Shown here in pieces: positions 12,522-27,082 of a DNA stretch of 64,000 bases. Made by a program: the position numbers and the translations under genes. The notes under the pieces were generated by a model. It searched no databases, was not told the DNA's origin, and saw only the letters and a program-made list of their open reading frames with translations. Source of the stretch: Eledone cirrhosa (Eukaryota); contig CAXHJY010001444.1 of the NCBI GenBank assembly GCA_964016885.1, positions 124,001 to 188,000 of the forward strand. Direction: 5' to 3'. Each line of letters opens with the position of its first letter. Position 1 is the first letter of the stretch.

Positions 12522-12710
12522 AAAGGAGTCAGGACCCTGACGGCTGAGCTCCGGCAACTTCGACAGCTAGACCCGATCTAGCTGTCGAAACGGCCGGAGC
12601 TCAGCTGTCGGGGTCCTGACTCTTTTCCTATTACCCACTCTACTACCCTAAATATTGAGTATTCTGTTGCGTTATTGTCCACCTGGTATCTTACCACACC
12701 CTCTTTGTTA
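12518..12710 (+). mobile_element. PLE 3'-end fold-back insertion (hairpin 12518-12630 plus tail); second copy 17686-17877
   Basis: Self-complementary arms centred on GACAGCTAGA..TCTAGCTGTC. The right arm reads GAAAC-GGC..GCT-GTC (HHR 3' half). Flanked by (TA)n. Confidence 0.7.
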
Positions 12711-12799
12711 TATATATATATATATGTTACTAGACAAGAATAAATTTGAATTAATCCACATTGGTAAAGAGGATGCATAAAAGTCACCATATTCTCTTC

Positions 12800-13410
12800 C
12801 ATCAGCCAACTCTATTCTACTTTTACCCGACCCCACGTTGAATACTGTCCTCCACTGTAGTCACCGCAAAACAGAGTATTATTAAAACTGAATCACTCCT
12901 GAGGTCAATTACAAAAACGAGAGGCCTTAACTATTGGGGTCGACTAGAAAAACTCAAACTCTACACTCTCCAACGCCACTGTACTGATTACATCATCTGT
13001 ATGATGTTGAAAATGTTCTGTCGATATTGCCTAAATGATGCCTAAATCTACCCAAGGTTTGGCCTCGTGCTATCCGACCGCTACACTAATCAAACTCGTA
13101 TCTCAAAGCAACGATTCGACACAACTACTTCACTTCAACTGGCCACGCTCGCTTTAATATCATAACGAAATACACCAATACATAAACATATCGCGTCATA
13201 TTCTGAGGTTTATAGGAGAAATTGGTACAAGAAATACCGAATAAATCACCGACACCCAGTTATGACTCTGAAAACAACAACTCTTTACTAGAGTGGGCCA
13301 CGATGTCCAAAATCATGAACCCATTATCTGAAACTTCACCAGGTGGTGTTATTAATTTAGTCATGGCCTGGGACAACACTGGTGGAAACCCCTTAAAGTT
13401 ATCAAAGATG
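12800..13410 (+). mobile_element. CR1-like LINE 3' fragment
   Basis: Decayed translation HVEYCPPL*SP...LNYWGRLEKLKLYTLQR resembles the CR1 RT C-terminus (LEYC..WSP; RL..L.LYSLERRR). Confidence 0.7.
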
Positions 13411-13446
13411 CATGTATATATATATATATATATATATAAATATATA

Positions 13447-13726
13447 CTTGGGGTGGTAATAAAGTCATTAGAATAGTATGCTGTGTGCCGTATGTAGCAG
13501 TGAATGTAGTTAATATTAGTTGGAATTTGAACTTTGTTGTACGCGCTGGTTTCGACACTTGCCGAAGGAACGGTTCCAGAAAGTGTTAAATGCTTTTCAT
13601 AAGCACTGTAAAGATGTCATTGCATTCAATGGAGATTATGTTTTGCAGAATAAATAAATTTTAGTTTCAATATGTTGTGCATTTTCATTTAAAGTGTTAT
13701 TCTAAGGACTTTATTGCCACGCCAAG
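13447..13726. mobile_element. Non-autonomous Tc1/mariner element (MITE)
   Basis: TIRs CTTGGGGTGGTAATAAAGTC / GACTTTATTGCCACGCCAAG with TA on both sides. Internal ATTGCATTCAATGGAGATTATGTT reads IAFNGDYV, like a mariner transposase C-terminus. Confidence 0.8.
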
Positions 13727-13827
13727 TACATACACACACACGCACACACACACACATCGAGCGTTAACCTAATATATTCCTTCCATATACTGTACCGATT
13801 GTGATGTTATTTCTGTTTACCTTTTAC

Positions 13828-13874
<47 letters not shown>

Positions 13875-14282
13875 CCCCCCCTCTCTCTCTCTCTGTTATT
13901 GTGTGTGTACGTATCGTTAGAAACACCGATAATTATTACGTCAACATATTAGCCTCAACATATGGGATTTTAATAAGAAACAAATCGTCATTTTTTTACA
14001 ATGAATGTATATATAAGGGATAATCGATCGTCATAACTTCAATAAAAATATTTTTACCTATTATAAATACTGAATTTACTGACCTGAAAACAGACGATTA
14101 AATACATCACTCTCTGTATCTATGACAACACGCCTCTAAACACGGAGGATTTTGGCGAATGAATATCTTTATTGAATACTATATTTTTACTATCTTTAGT
14201 GAGAAATGGATATTAGTAGCAAATATATATATATATATATACATATATATGTCATGCGTGTGTGATGTGTGTGTGTGTATGT

Positions 14283-14333
<51 letters not shown>

Positions 14334-14672
14334 GAATAAATTTAGTCCTTCATCAGTGATCTTCCAACGTTCATTGGTATTTCATCGCTTTAAAGACCAT
14401 ATACCTCTGGATGGTGCGAGCAACGGCTAAAGAAAGTCGTTAGGACACGTAAATAGGGGGAACGAGCGAGACAGTAAACAAACAAAGATGGTAATGCAAC
14501 GAAAAGTGAGGAAGAAGGAGTCAAGTCCCTGAAATCGATGAACATAAATTCTGTGAAATCGTAGACGAGAGAGAATAAAGACCATCCGACCTGGTCGAAG
14601 TGTGAGTGAGGAAAATATATATGTATATATATATATATACACACTCATATTTATATACATGTATACACACAC

Positions 14673-15882
<1,210 letters not shown>

Positions 15883-16867
15883 AGGATAAATTGGAAATAC
15901 CACGGAAAATATATTTATGGATCAGTTTTTCTTTTTTTTTCCTTCTTTGATTCGTGAAAGTGACATTATTGAAAAAATGAGCGGAACAATTCTTTTAAAA
16001 AAGAGTTTTATAATGTATATAAAATATATAAAATATAACCAGTTTCGATGTATCATTAACATCTATCTTATTAAATGTTGAGTATTACAATTAAAATGAA
16101 TTAAAATGAATTAAAATGAAAGATTTAAAATTAAGTGTTGAGGCAACTTTGTTCATCTTTCTTGTTGAGAAGAATATATATGTATAACAAAATTTGTTTT
16201 CGCTCTTAACATGGTGGATGCCTAAATGTATTCGCGAGTGAATAAAAACAATAACATTATAATATTATTATAATATTATTATTATAATAATATTTTTAAT
16301 ATTCGATTGGTTGCAATCAAACAGCCTCATAAAAAAAACGCGTTAGATGAACAACTCCATCCCTTTGTTCCAGCGGCAGCTGAGAGAAAACAATTGATTT
16401 CGTAGACAATTGTTTCGGAGTGTTTTCCCCTTATCAAGATTGTGTATTTTCTCGTCTCTGCTATCCCCTGAAACTGCTGAGAATATATAGTATTCTTAAA
16501 TGTATACATCGACTGATTAGCCTCATTTGCATACCAACCGATTTTACTTCCTGCTTTGCAGAAAATTAAAGAAAAATCGGTGGATACCTAAATGTATACG
16601 TGAATGAATATTAATTGTTTCTACTTTTGGCTCAAGGCCAGCAATTATTCCAGTGCATTACTGGTAATTCATTTTATCGGCTCCGTAAGGATGAAAGGCA
16701 AAGTTCGCCTCGGCGTGATTTGAACTCAGATGTGAATTAATAATAATTGTTTCTACTTTTGGTACAAAACACAAATCATCCTTTCTCTCTTAATAGCTCC
16801 TCTAAATGTTTTTCGTTCTGTGGAATTTACACGGGTCCCGCTAGTATAAATAATGTGTGTGTGTATG

Positions 16868-16898
<31 letters not shown>

Positions 16899-17137
16899 AG
16901 GTGTGTGTATGTGTGTGCGTATATATATATATATATATACATATGTATGTATGTGCATATGTATACATACATTTCCTTATAGCCGCCGATGACAACTTCT
17001 TTTTCCGCCTTTAAGGGTCTTCACCCTAGTTTAACATCTCCGCACATGAGCACATCATTCTTTATATATATATATATATATATTTAGAATGAGAAAATCC
17101 GAAGTAGTTTCAGATGTTAATGTCCTTTATTGGTAAT

Positions 17138-17212
17138 GCTGTGATACATATTTCAATGACGACAGTGGCCACACGATTCTGTGTACCCAGTGCCGTGATA
17201 TCATCTGACAGC
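17138..17212 (-). ncRNA. Type I hammerhead ribozyme, CAGAUGA (U4A) core
   Basis: Minus strand: GCTGT-CAGATGA-tatcACGGCAcTGGgTACAC agaatc GTGTGgCCAcTGTCGTcatt-GAAAT-atgt-ATC-ACAGC. Perfect stem I, AUC site. Confidence 0.75.
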
Positions 17213-17302
17213 TTCTTATATAATAAAGTTACGTTCTCAAGGCAATCCAAACAGAAACGACGAGGAACGGACAAGGCGAACCAAGAACACACGCCTTGTC
17301 CG

Positions 17303-17340
<38 letters not shown>

Positions 17341-17552
17341 AAAAAATGGGGAGAAGAATACTGCTGGTTGCACATGGATAACATGTAATAAAATAAGTCC
17401 CTCATCAGTGATTTGCCGACGATCATAGATATATATATATATATACACATATATATATATATATAGATATATACACACATATATATATATATATATACAT
17501 ATATATATACACACACATATATATATATATATACACACACATATATATATAT

Positions 17553-17647
<95 letters not shown>

Positions 17648-17685
17648 GAGAAAGAGATAGAGGGGGGAGAGAGAGAGAGAGAGAA

Positions 17686-17877
17686 GAAAAGACTCAGGAC
17701 CCAGACAGATGAGCTCCGGCCGTTTCGACAGCTAGATCCGAACATAGTTCGGATCTAGCTGTCGAAACGGCCGGGGCTCAGCCGTTGGGGTCCTGACTCT
17801 TTTCCTATTACCCACTCTACTACCCTAAATATTGAGTACTCTGGTACGTTTTGGTCCACCCGCTTTGTTCTTTGTTA
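17686..17877 (+). mobile_element. PLE 3'-end fold-back insertion (hairpin 17686-17804 plus tail)
   Basis: Same family as 12518-12710; centre GACAGCTAGATCCGAAC-ata-GTTCGGATCTAGCTGTC followed by GAAACGGC...GCCGTT. Confidence 0.7.
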
Positions 17878-19109
17878 TATATATATGTGTGTGTGTATGT
17901 GTGTGTGTGTGTGTATGTGTGTGTGTGTGTCTGAGCGCACGCAACTGAAACCTCAGACGGAACAAAAGGAATAGAATCTGACATGTGGTATCTGTTAGGC
18001 TAAACTATCGCTAAATAAATTCAATAACTGAATAAACTTGACCATCTAGCACCCTCTCTTCTCCCATTAGAATTACAAATTATCAGCTACTTAGCCACCA
18101 AAAGATAGACCACAACAAAGTAGCTGTTAATTTGTATACGACTCACATGGGACTTATTTAGCTATTTATGTAATCAAACTAACATCCGTATAGAGCTAGC
18201 TAGCATTGACAGACAAGGAGATGTATCTAATACCCATTATAATTAAGATGCAAAGCGAGAGACAGAGAAAAGGAGAGAGAAGTGAATGAGGGGTAAAAGA
18301 AGCAAAAGTAAGGTGAAAAAACAGCTATTTGTTTCTGTTGTTGAATATTTTTGTAGCTTCCATGTACTGGAATATATTGTTTATGGTTGATAGATCTATG
18401 ACAATATATTGCATCTCCAATTCTAGTATATTGTAAAGGCTAGCTTTAGAAGAAACGAAATTGGTTAGCTTATTTAGTGTGAGTAAACCAGAATATTTAA
18501 ATTTTTTATTTTCGGGTACCAATTCGTTCAGGTCATCCTTTGTGTACTCAATAGAGCGTTCAACCAGTTAGCGATAGATGCTAGATTCTAATTGCGTAGC
18601 GTGATCTGTATGGTTTCCCCTGTAAGCTGTATTTGTTGCCTACTGTAAGTATGTGTGTTTCGCAATATGTATAACAAATAAAAAATTATTTTTTGATACG
18701 CAATTAATACGAATCCACACCGGCGTATTTTGTCTGGCTAATTAATACAGTGATGTTTATGATCTACAAATTGGTCACCCTCAATTGATTACGCAATGAT
18801 GGCATATGGACCAGTAATGGGCAGATGCAGGTTTTAAATACCAGAGCGCAGCACCTTTCATGGCATACACACGAGTATCGATTTTCGAATAAAACAGTAT
18901 TTATTTTTAGCATCATAGCATGTATTCTAGGAGCTTCACTTATAATTTAAAGGCAATTTTCCTTCTTTCGTGAAGGGAAGATGATACGAACTTTCAATGA
19001 CATATTCGATTTTTATTTAATATAATACAAATAAAAGTACAATATTTAATCTATATTTGCCTAAGCTGGAAGCCATTCGAACTCACGCAAATACATTGGA
19101 ATATATTTC

Positions 19110-19142
<33 letters not shown>

Positions 19143-19145
19143 ATA

Positions 19146-19517
<372 letters not shown>

Positions 19518-20274
19518 GTGTTTCACACACATTATCATTTACTGCCTACTAGTTTCCTGGCCGTGCGTATTCAGATATCTCGAAGTTATATAACGAACTT
19601 CATGAAACTCACATTGAATCCACAGATTTTTTTCTAATATAATTTACAAGTTACAAAATTGAATTTGAAACAAGAATAATTAGCGTTTAAAGGGTAAACA
19701 GTTCAGATTTGCTATGGATAAAAGAAAATGCAGTAATTGAAGCAATATATGAACGAATGACATTAAGAAAAACTGTTTCATAAAATTCTTTAAGTTTTCT
19801 AATATTTCCCTTCAGTATATCTCGAGTGTGAACTAAGACAATACCGACTCAATAAAAGTGTCTAACCCGTAAAATCTTTATCAATCATTTGAAATTCTGT
19901 TAAGCTAATAACAATATTTCTTAAACAAAAATACTATAAAGATAAAATATGATTGATTGACGAACACTGAGTAACAAAATATTATGTCCCGATAGGATAA
20001 TAATGGTAGAGGAAAATAGTCTAGAATTGAAAAAAATTATTAAAATTGACAGCAAAGAGAAAGTGTTATGAATTTTTCCCACTTATATTTGTGTAGAGAT
20101 ACAATACATTGTAATGTGTGTGTGTGAGAGTGTGTATGTATATATATATGTATGTGAGTGTCTGTGTAGGTGTGTATGTATATGTATGCATGTATATGTA
20201 TGCATGTATGTATACATGAATGTATGAACATATATGTGTGTGAATCTATATGCATATATACGCATATAGACGTA

Positions 20275-20452
20275 AATTGGCAGTATCGGTAGAGGGTCGG
20301 ACGCGATGCTTTGTAGCATAGAGTTACGGCCGTTTATCGTCTGAGTTCAAATCCCGCCGAGGTTAACTTTGCCTATCATCCTTATGGGGTCGATAAAATA
20401 AAGCACCAGTAATGCACTGGAATAATTGCTGGCCTTGTACCAAAAAGAAAAA
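20275..20452 (+). mobile_element. tRNA-derived SINE with Nin/Deu-like domain (major family; other copies e.g. 11595-11680, 16612-16730-, 23378-23520-, 25537-25760-, 28618-28747, 48640-48785)
   Basis: A-box TGGCAGTATCGG, B-box GAGTTCAAATCC, GCCTTTCATCCTTACGGGGTCGATAAAATAAAGTACCAG-type core, tail GCTGGCCTTGTGCCAAAAGTAGAAACAATTA. Confidence 0.85.
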
Positions 20453-20672
20453 TTATATATATTTCGTTTCTGAATTTGTTTGGCAAGATTCTTTATCTGA
20501 AAACGTGCGTTGAAACCGATATTGTTATACTTTGGGAGGGTCATGTTGCTAATAAACAACACACGCACCAGTTGCTTTCACTTCAATTTATTATAATACA
20601 TTTATAAATTTAGGAATTTATAAATTTCCGGTTGGTTGGTTGGTTCCACAACCAGATGATTGTTTATATATT

Positions 20673-20715
20673 GTCAAAGTTCTTTCTTCACACATTCTGT
20701 GACCTCTTCAGTGAC
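20673..20715 (-). ncRNA. Minimal hammerhead ribozyme in the 3' pLTR of the 20521-23090 PLE
   Basis: Minus strand: GTCA-CTGAAGA-ggTCACA gaatg TGTGAa-GAA-AG aa CT-T-TGAC. Confidence 0.65.
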
Positions 20716-21579
20716 TGGGGATTCTTTTCTTTGTTTTGTGCCTCTCCTTTGTTCTGTCCTACGCCATCTTGTTTTTGTGTGCATTGTGTGCTTAGTTTGG
20801 GCATGTGTTACATCCGGGTGTCTGTGTGTGTTTATATTTGTTTGTTTATTTCTGTATTTACATGTTACTGGTTGGTTGTTTGTTCTATGTGCGTGTGTGT
20901 TTTCATTTTGTCCTTAATTGTAAGTTGTGATGTTGCTGTTCCATTCATGTTTTCTATTTAATTTTGGTTGTAATTCTTTTATGTTTATTGTCTCTGTGAT
21001 TTGTCTAAACATTGCGTCTTTTCTGTGTGTAGATTCTATTTTTATTTCTATGTTCTCTAATGTATCCTTATGTTCTATTTTAGCATGTTGGTAGAGTACA
21101 GATGATTCTTTACTATCTTGAAGGTCTCGCCAGTGCTCATTTATCCGTTCCCCTATACTACGAGCTGTCTCACCTATGTACACTATATTCTTATCTCTAC
21201 ATTGTACTTCAGTACATCTTATGCTATATACTACATTTCTAGTTTTACAGCTATGGGGGGCTTAATTTACAGATTATACATTTCTTATCTATACAGGGAG
21301 GTCTTTGAAAAGGGTATGTATTGCTAATAAGTGTTTTTAAGGAGGTATCTGGTCTTTTTACTATCTTAATATTGAGTTTATGTTTATCTAGGGCCCTTCT
21401 AAATGTGTAAGCTAATTCACCTCTAAGGGTTGTATCGATGAACATTACACTCTGGTATGTATTGCTATCATACCATGAGTTTATTCTATTAACCTTATTC
21501 CTAGTTCTTTCTATTCTATTCCAAAATTTGCTCCTATACAAGGGGCAGGTCCCATTTGTGTCATTATTTACCATTTTTT

Positions 21580-21766
21580 GAGGGCGGTGGATTGGCAGTA
21601 TCGGTAGAGGGTCGGACGCCATGCTTTCTAGAATAGTTACGTCCCTTTATGATCTGAGTTCAAATCCCGCCGAGGTTGACTTTGCCTTTCATCCTTACGG
21701 GGTCGATAAAATAAAGTACCAGTAATGCACTGGATAATTGCTGGCCTTGTGCCTAAAGTAGAAACA
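21580..21766 (+). mobile_element. Full-length SINE inserted into the PLE ORF, with 16-bp target-site duplication
   Basis: ATTATTTACCATTTTT at 21563-21578 and 21767-21782; A/B boxes and Nin/Deu-like core. Confidence 0.9.
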
Positions 21767-23093
21767 ATTATTTACCATTTTTCCCATTTGGTTCTGGCTC
21801 CTCTATATACTCTGATTTTATCTCTCTGATTGTAACCAGAGAACTGCATACGGTGGATGAAGTGTTGTATGTGTCTCTCTAGTTCTTTGGGGTTGCACAT
21901 GCGGGACACGTTTCTCATCACCCGTACCAAATCCGCAATCAGTATGTTGATTTTGGTATGGTCCGAAACAGCTGAGTTTCGGTGGATCAGATATTTGGAA
22001 GTCATGGGTTTGGCATAATGGGAATGGAGGATTTGTTTTTTTGTTATTAATGGTATCTAACCAGAGCTCTGTACAGGTAATCGATGGTTGGGGTGTTTGC
22101 TTGGGTAGTCTATAGTAACTCTAATATTCTGGTGGACGGAGTTAGCTATTTGCTTGATGCTTTCCATTGTGTTTTTCTCTAATTCCTGACTGTTTTCTAG
22201 TGGGGTGTTTTTACTACGATGTTTATATCATCAACGTAGCGGGAGTACGTTATCAAGGTTAAGGGGTCTTCTAATTGTTCTTTAAGTTTAAGTTTAAGTC
22301 TACTGTCTCACGATACCATGAATAAGTTAGCTATGTCGCCTGCAATACTAACACCAGTGGCTGCTCCCTCCTCTTGGTCATATGTTTTTCCATTAAATTT
22401 GAACATATGTTCCTTAAGGGTTAATTTAATGCTGCCCCCACCGCATGTGCAATCATTTTCTTTAGTTCATCGTGGTTTTCGGGTGTCCGTATGGCTCTGG
22501 TCCACCCGTTCCATCTATCTGTATGGGTTCTCCTGGCCATTGAGGTAACGGTAGGTGGTCTGCCTCTTGCTGGTCTTGTAGGGCACAGGTTGCTAAGGCC
22601 ATATGTATCTAGATAATTATTACTATAGGTAAGTTTAAGTAGGAGTCCCAGCTCACTGGTATCAATCCCACGGAATTCAACATTGCTCTCACTGATCATT
22701 TCTACGCATTTCTCCACAGCAAAATCCACGTCAATAGATGGATACAGGGACACAACATCCATACTACCTATTATGCAGTCTGTTAGGTCCCTAGATCGGT
22801 TACTCTCGCCGATTCTGCTGAGGAGGTCCTCCGTGCTGTCACATATATCTGGGGACATTTCAATGATAGGGCGTATGATCAGGGAGAGGAAGTAGGAAAG
22901 TCTGTAGTTACTAGCAATTTTAGCTCCACAGACTGGCCGTGTTGGTGGTCCTGTGACAGGGTCACTGCTCGTTTTATGGTCTTTTCGAAGCCCATACAAC
23001 GCTGCCACATCATTGTTCCAGGCCTGGAAGTTGTTGGCAGTCCTTTTGTTGGGCTGCATTATATTTTTCCACATCATCATATGGGCATCATCA

Positions 23094-23164
<71 letters not shown>

Positions 23165-23535
23165 ATCCCGGGTGTAATTGGGGGTAACTACATTGCAAAG
23201 TACAAATGTTTAATATAGAAATAGCTCAGTGTTCATTTATTGTAAGCAAACAGGATGTTCATTAAGTGGCTATATTAACATGTTCTGCAAAAGGTTGGTG
23301 AATTCTTCAGAAATAATCAGATGTATACATATATATATCTACACACACACACACATATCTATCTAACTATCTATATGATTGTTTCTACTTTTGACACAAG
23401 GCCAGCAATTATCCCAGTGCATTACTGGTACTTTATTTTATCGACTCCGTAAGTATGAAAGGCAAAGTTAATCTCGGCGGCATTTTGAACTCAGACCGTA
23501 AAGGCACGTAACTCTATGCTTCATATATATATATT

Positions 23536-24310
23536 GACAAAGCGATCTTTGACAGAGCGGCCCCCTACTACAACACGGCGTTAGCTAACAGCGGCTTCTC
23601 GCAACCAATTACTTACTCCCCCGCTAACACCAACAGCAATAAGAAAAGAAATCGTACCAATAGACAAACTATCTGGTGATCTCCCCCTTTCTCACTCAAC
23701 GTTACAACTGATGTAGGAAAAACATGTTTAGCCCTCTTAGATAGACAATTTCCCATAGGTTACAAATACCGTTCCATCTTTAACAGACATAGGATAAAAC
23801 TAGGATACTACTGCGCTAAGAATATGAAGGCCCACATTACCAACAGCCCTAAGAGCGGCACCCCACTAGGATGCTCTTGCAGGAAACCTGAAGTTTGTCC
23901 CCTTCAACAGCAATGCAACACACCCGCTCTAGTTTATGAAGCTGTGGTCACCTCCAACCGACCAAATCAACAACAGGAGGTCAAATGCTATGTGGGTATG
24001 TTGGAGGGCTCGTTTAAGAAACGCTTCCTGAACCACCAGTCGACCTTTAAGTACCCAGACAAACGCTTGTCCACGAAGCTTGCGAGCCACGTATGGTCCC
24101 TCTAAAACTCAAGTGTAGACTACTCCATCCAATGGAAAGATATTACTAAGTCCAAGGGGTAATCCATCTTGTGGACTGTGTAATGAAGAAAGGATCAATA
24201 TTCTAAGGAGATTACGCAATAGCGATTGCCCAAATTAGAGAAATGAACTTTTCTCACGTTGTCCACACGTTTAGAAACACCTCTTGAATAACTACAAAGC
24301 TCCGGATTGA
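23536..24310 (+). mobile_element. PLE C-terminal fragment (thumb-linker-GIY-YIG), decayed, Naiad-like
   Basis: FDRAAPYYNTALANSG..IW*SPPFSLNV..FNRHRIK..GCSCRKPEVCPLQQQC..LVYEAVV..YVG..FKKRFLNHQSTF..CGLCNEE; stops and frameshifts. Confidence 0.88.
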
Positions 24311-25810
24311 ATAACATCAACATTCTAATATTCTAATCAACTCGAACAATTTATTCCGGACATTCGCAGTAATCTCTCTAAACACCTTTTGGCCGTGGAT
24401 TTTTATCGCTTGGGAGAAGTGATCGTTTCTGCGCATGCGCGTTCATGCTATTTTTTTCTCATTTTCCTGTTCCGTATATATATATCTTAAATACAGTTTG
24501 GCAACACTTTAGCATAGTGCCTAACGCACTGACCCGGCCTCTTTGATATGCGGGATTCGATTCCTCGTCTATAACTTTGGTTATTTGCATTGGGACGCAC
24601 ACATTTTAAATGTTCACACTGCTTCTTCAGTCAACTACTTTATTTACACTTCTAACCATAGGCTTAACATCTTTAAAAATGACGGAATTGGTTGACAGTG
24701 GCTCTATAGCGGGGTGATTCAAACACGCACCAGCATCCGAAAGGTACGGTGTTCGATTCTCTGCTAGCGCCTCTGTCAGAATTTTCCAATTTTTTCCACT
24801 ATTATATATACGAGTAGTTATTGACTGTTATTGTCATCATTCGCGTTTGGAATGTGTGTGTGAATTCATTACGTCCTAAATAAGCTATAACTGTAAAAAA
24901 GTTTGAAGTCTGAAAATTAAGCGTAAAGTATAACTCTAGTTACTAGATTTTAGTTTCAATCTTTCCAGACAAAATAAATTATTAGCATTCTCTACGTAAT
25001 TAAATTTTGTTTAATTGCTGCTTTTTATATAATAAATTCTTATATAATATTTTTGTCATGTTATTTAGCTCTTCAAAGAAGGATGGACACTTACTAAAAA
25101 GAAACAAGAGACAATTTCATATTCATTATTTTGAATTAAATGATTTTTGCTTTGCATTCATTCAATTTCACTATTTGCATCTGCCCACATCATGATTGTA
25201 GTTGTTCGAAGACATAGTTCCTGTTAATTCATTAACCAGTAGAAGCAGAGGACCTAGCATAAGGCCCACTGTACGATTCCCAGTTCGGATGAGTCATAAT
25301 GCTTGAGCATAGCACATCATTTCACGTTGTTCCATTTCAAACAGCTAATATGAGTAACAGCAGCAGCACCTAGAAGTTAAATTTACGACGCCTCGCTCAT
25401 TGGGGAGGCCTGTTACGCAACTTCTATGAGAGTATGATAAGATCTAGGCTCAGTTGAACTCAAGACTTCATGGAGAAATGGACGTATAATAATTCTAACT
25501 TATTGGCCAGTTGCAACTTTCATTTTGTAGATACAATAATTGTTTCTACTTTAGGTACAAGGACTGCAATTTGAAGGGGCGGAGAAAGTCGATTAAACCG
25601 ACCCGTGTATTACTGGTTCTTTATTCTTTCGATCCTGTAAATATGAAAGGCAAAGGTAGCCTCGACGGGATGTGAAATCAATATGTAAAGGGCCGTAACT
25701 ATATACCGCGAAGCATGGTGTTCGACGCTCTACGGACACTGCTAAGCCACCACCCTTGTAAGAGTAAATAATAATAACAACAATAATAAAATTAATAGTG
25801 ATAATAATAA

Positions 25811-26190
25811 TAATTGTTTCTACTTTTGGCACAAGGCCAGCAATTACCTCAGTACATTACTGGTGCTTTATTTTATCGACCCCGTAAGAATGAAAGACAA
25901 AGTTAACCTCGGCGGGATTTGAACTTAGACCATAAATGGCCGTAACTCTTTGCTGCAAAGCATGGCGTCCGACCCTCTAGTGATAGTGCCATGCGTCTTC
26001 TTCGATGAATTGGCAGTATCGCTAGAGAGTCTGACACCAGGCTTTGCAGCATAGAGTTACGTCTCATTACGGTCTGAGTTCAAATCGCGCCGAGATTAAC
26101 TTTGCCTTTCATCCTTACGGGGTCTATAAAATAAAGCACCAGTAATGCACTGGGATAATCGCTGGCCTTTTGCCAAAAGTAAAACCAATT
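25811..26190. mobile_element. Head-to-head inverted SINE pair (25811-25991 minus, 26011-26190 plus)
   Basis: Two major-family SINEs in opposite orientation ~19 nt apart. Confidence 0.85.
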
Positions 26191-26759
26191 TTTATTAATA
26201 AATACATAAATGAATAGTTATTATCAATATTATATGGTGGTGATACAGAATAAAATTAAAATATAATTAAGTGAACATATTAAATTAATTGCTTCAACTT
26301 TCCTATTTACTGCTTTAACTTCCTTCTCTCTATGGATGAACCAATCAAATGCCAATATTTTCGAAAATGCGGTCTTGCACCCTATCTAAGTTCAATCCTA
26401 CGGCTATTGAAAGTATAACGAGGTTCACTATGAGTTCACTTTTACATTTTGGCAATTTGCCGTAATAAGTCCATTGATGCTCGCTCCAGGAAGTCCAAAG
26501 GAATATCATTTTAGTCTGAGAGACAGGAAGACAAAAAGGTATTCATACGTATTGTTCATATATGATTTTTCTGCTCTACCTATTTAAACGTATATATTTT
26601 TGTATTGCACGGAAATGACTGCTCCTTTTCTTTTTTTTCAATTTCTAAGCAATAATCACTTTTGAAATACAGGCTCTTCAAGAATTACATTCTGTTTTGG
26701 TAGTATCGGTAGAGCGCCAGACACCATGCTTTGCAGCATAGAGTTATGGCCCTTTACAA

Positions 26760-27082
26760 TAAAGGCGACGGCGTTCTTGGGGAGACGTTGAGCGTCGACG
26801 AAAGTTGGGTGAGTGAGGCGAGCATGACCCGAGTGAATGGGCCTACTCTGAGTATCTGTCTCTAGATTGGAGAGGCCCTGGCAGTCAGGGTGACTATGAT
26901 TTTTTGTTGGCTTTCTCTATGTGTGACCCTCAGAAGTCCCCCTATTGGGGAATTTATTTTGTTTGAATTTGTTTCAAATGTCTTCCTTGTTTTTGTTATA
27001 TGACATTTTAAATGACAAAACCCGCAATACGCTATCCATTAATGTTTTCTTCGTGTGATCCCTGCGTGGCTAATAAAAAAAA
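26760..27082 (+). mobile_element. Probable L1/Tx1-like LINE 3' end with AATAAA/poly-A
   Basis: Short GC-richer ORF end ..SWVSEASMTRVNGPTLSICL*, a T-rich 3' UTR, then AATAAAAAAAA; follows a truncated SINE head. Clade assignment is from recollection only. Confidence 0.45.

Larger units (their letters stand above)
20521..23090 (-). mobile_element. Penelope-like retroelement (RT + GIY-YIG), decayed and 5'-truncated at (TA)n
   Basis: LYGLRKDHK..PTRPVCGA..STEDLL..GSMDVVSLYPSID; SRYVDDINI (~22225-22245); RMQFSGY; CxxxxCxxC; YIGETARSIGERINEH...LNRKHEW; HHR in the 3' region. Confidence 0.92.

Noticed and set aside
23670-23690. In-frame TGA in a Naiad-like PLE as possible selenocysteine
   Set aside because: The TGA falls at the Tyr position of the WYNPPF motif, not at a Cys; the copy has other stops, and the two better-preserved copies use Cys codons.
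24500-24775. tRNA-like segments with TTCGATTC B-boxes
   Set aside because: No complete cloverleaf; more likely decayed SINE heads.
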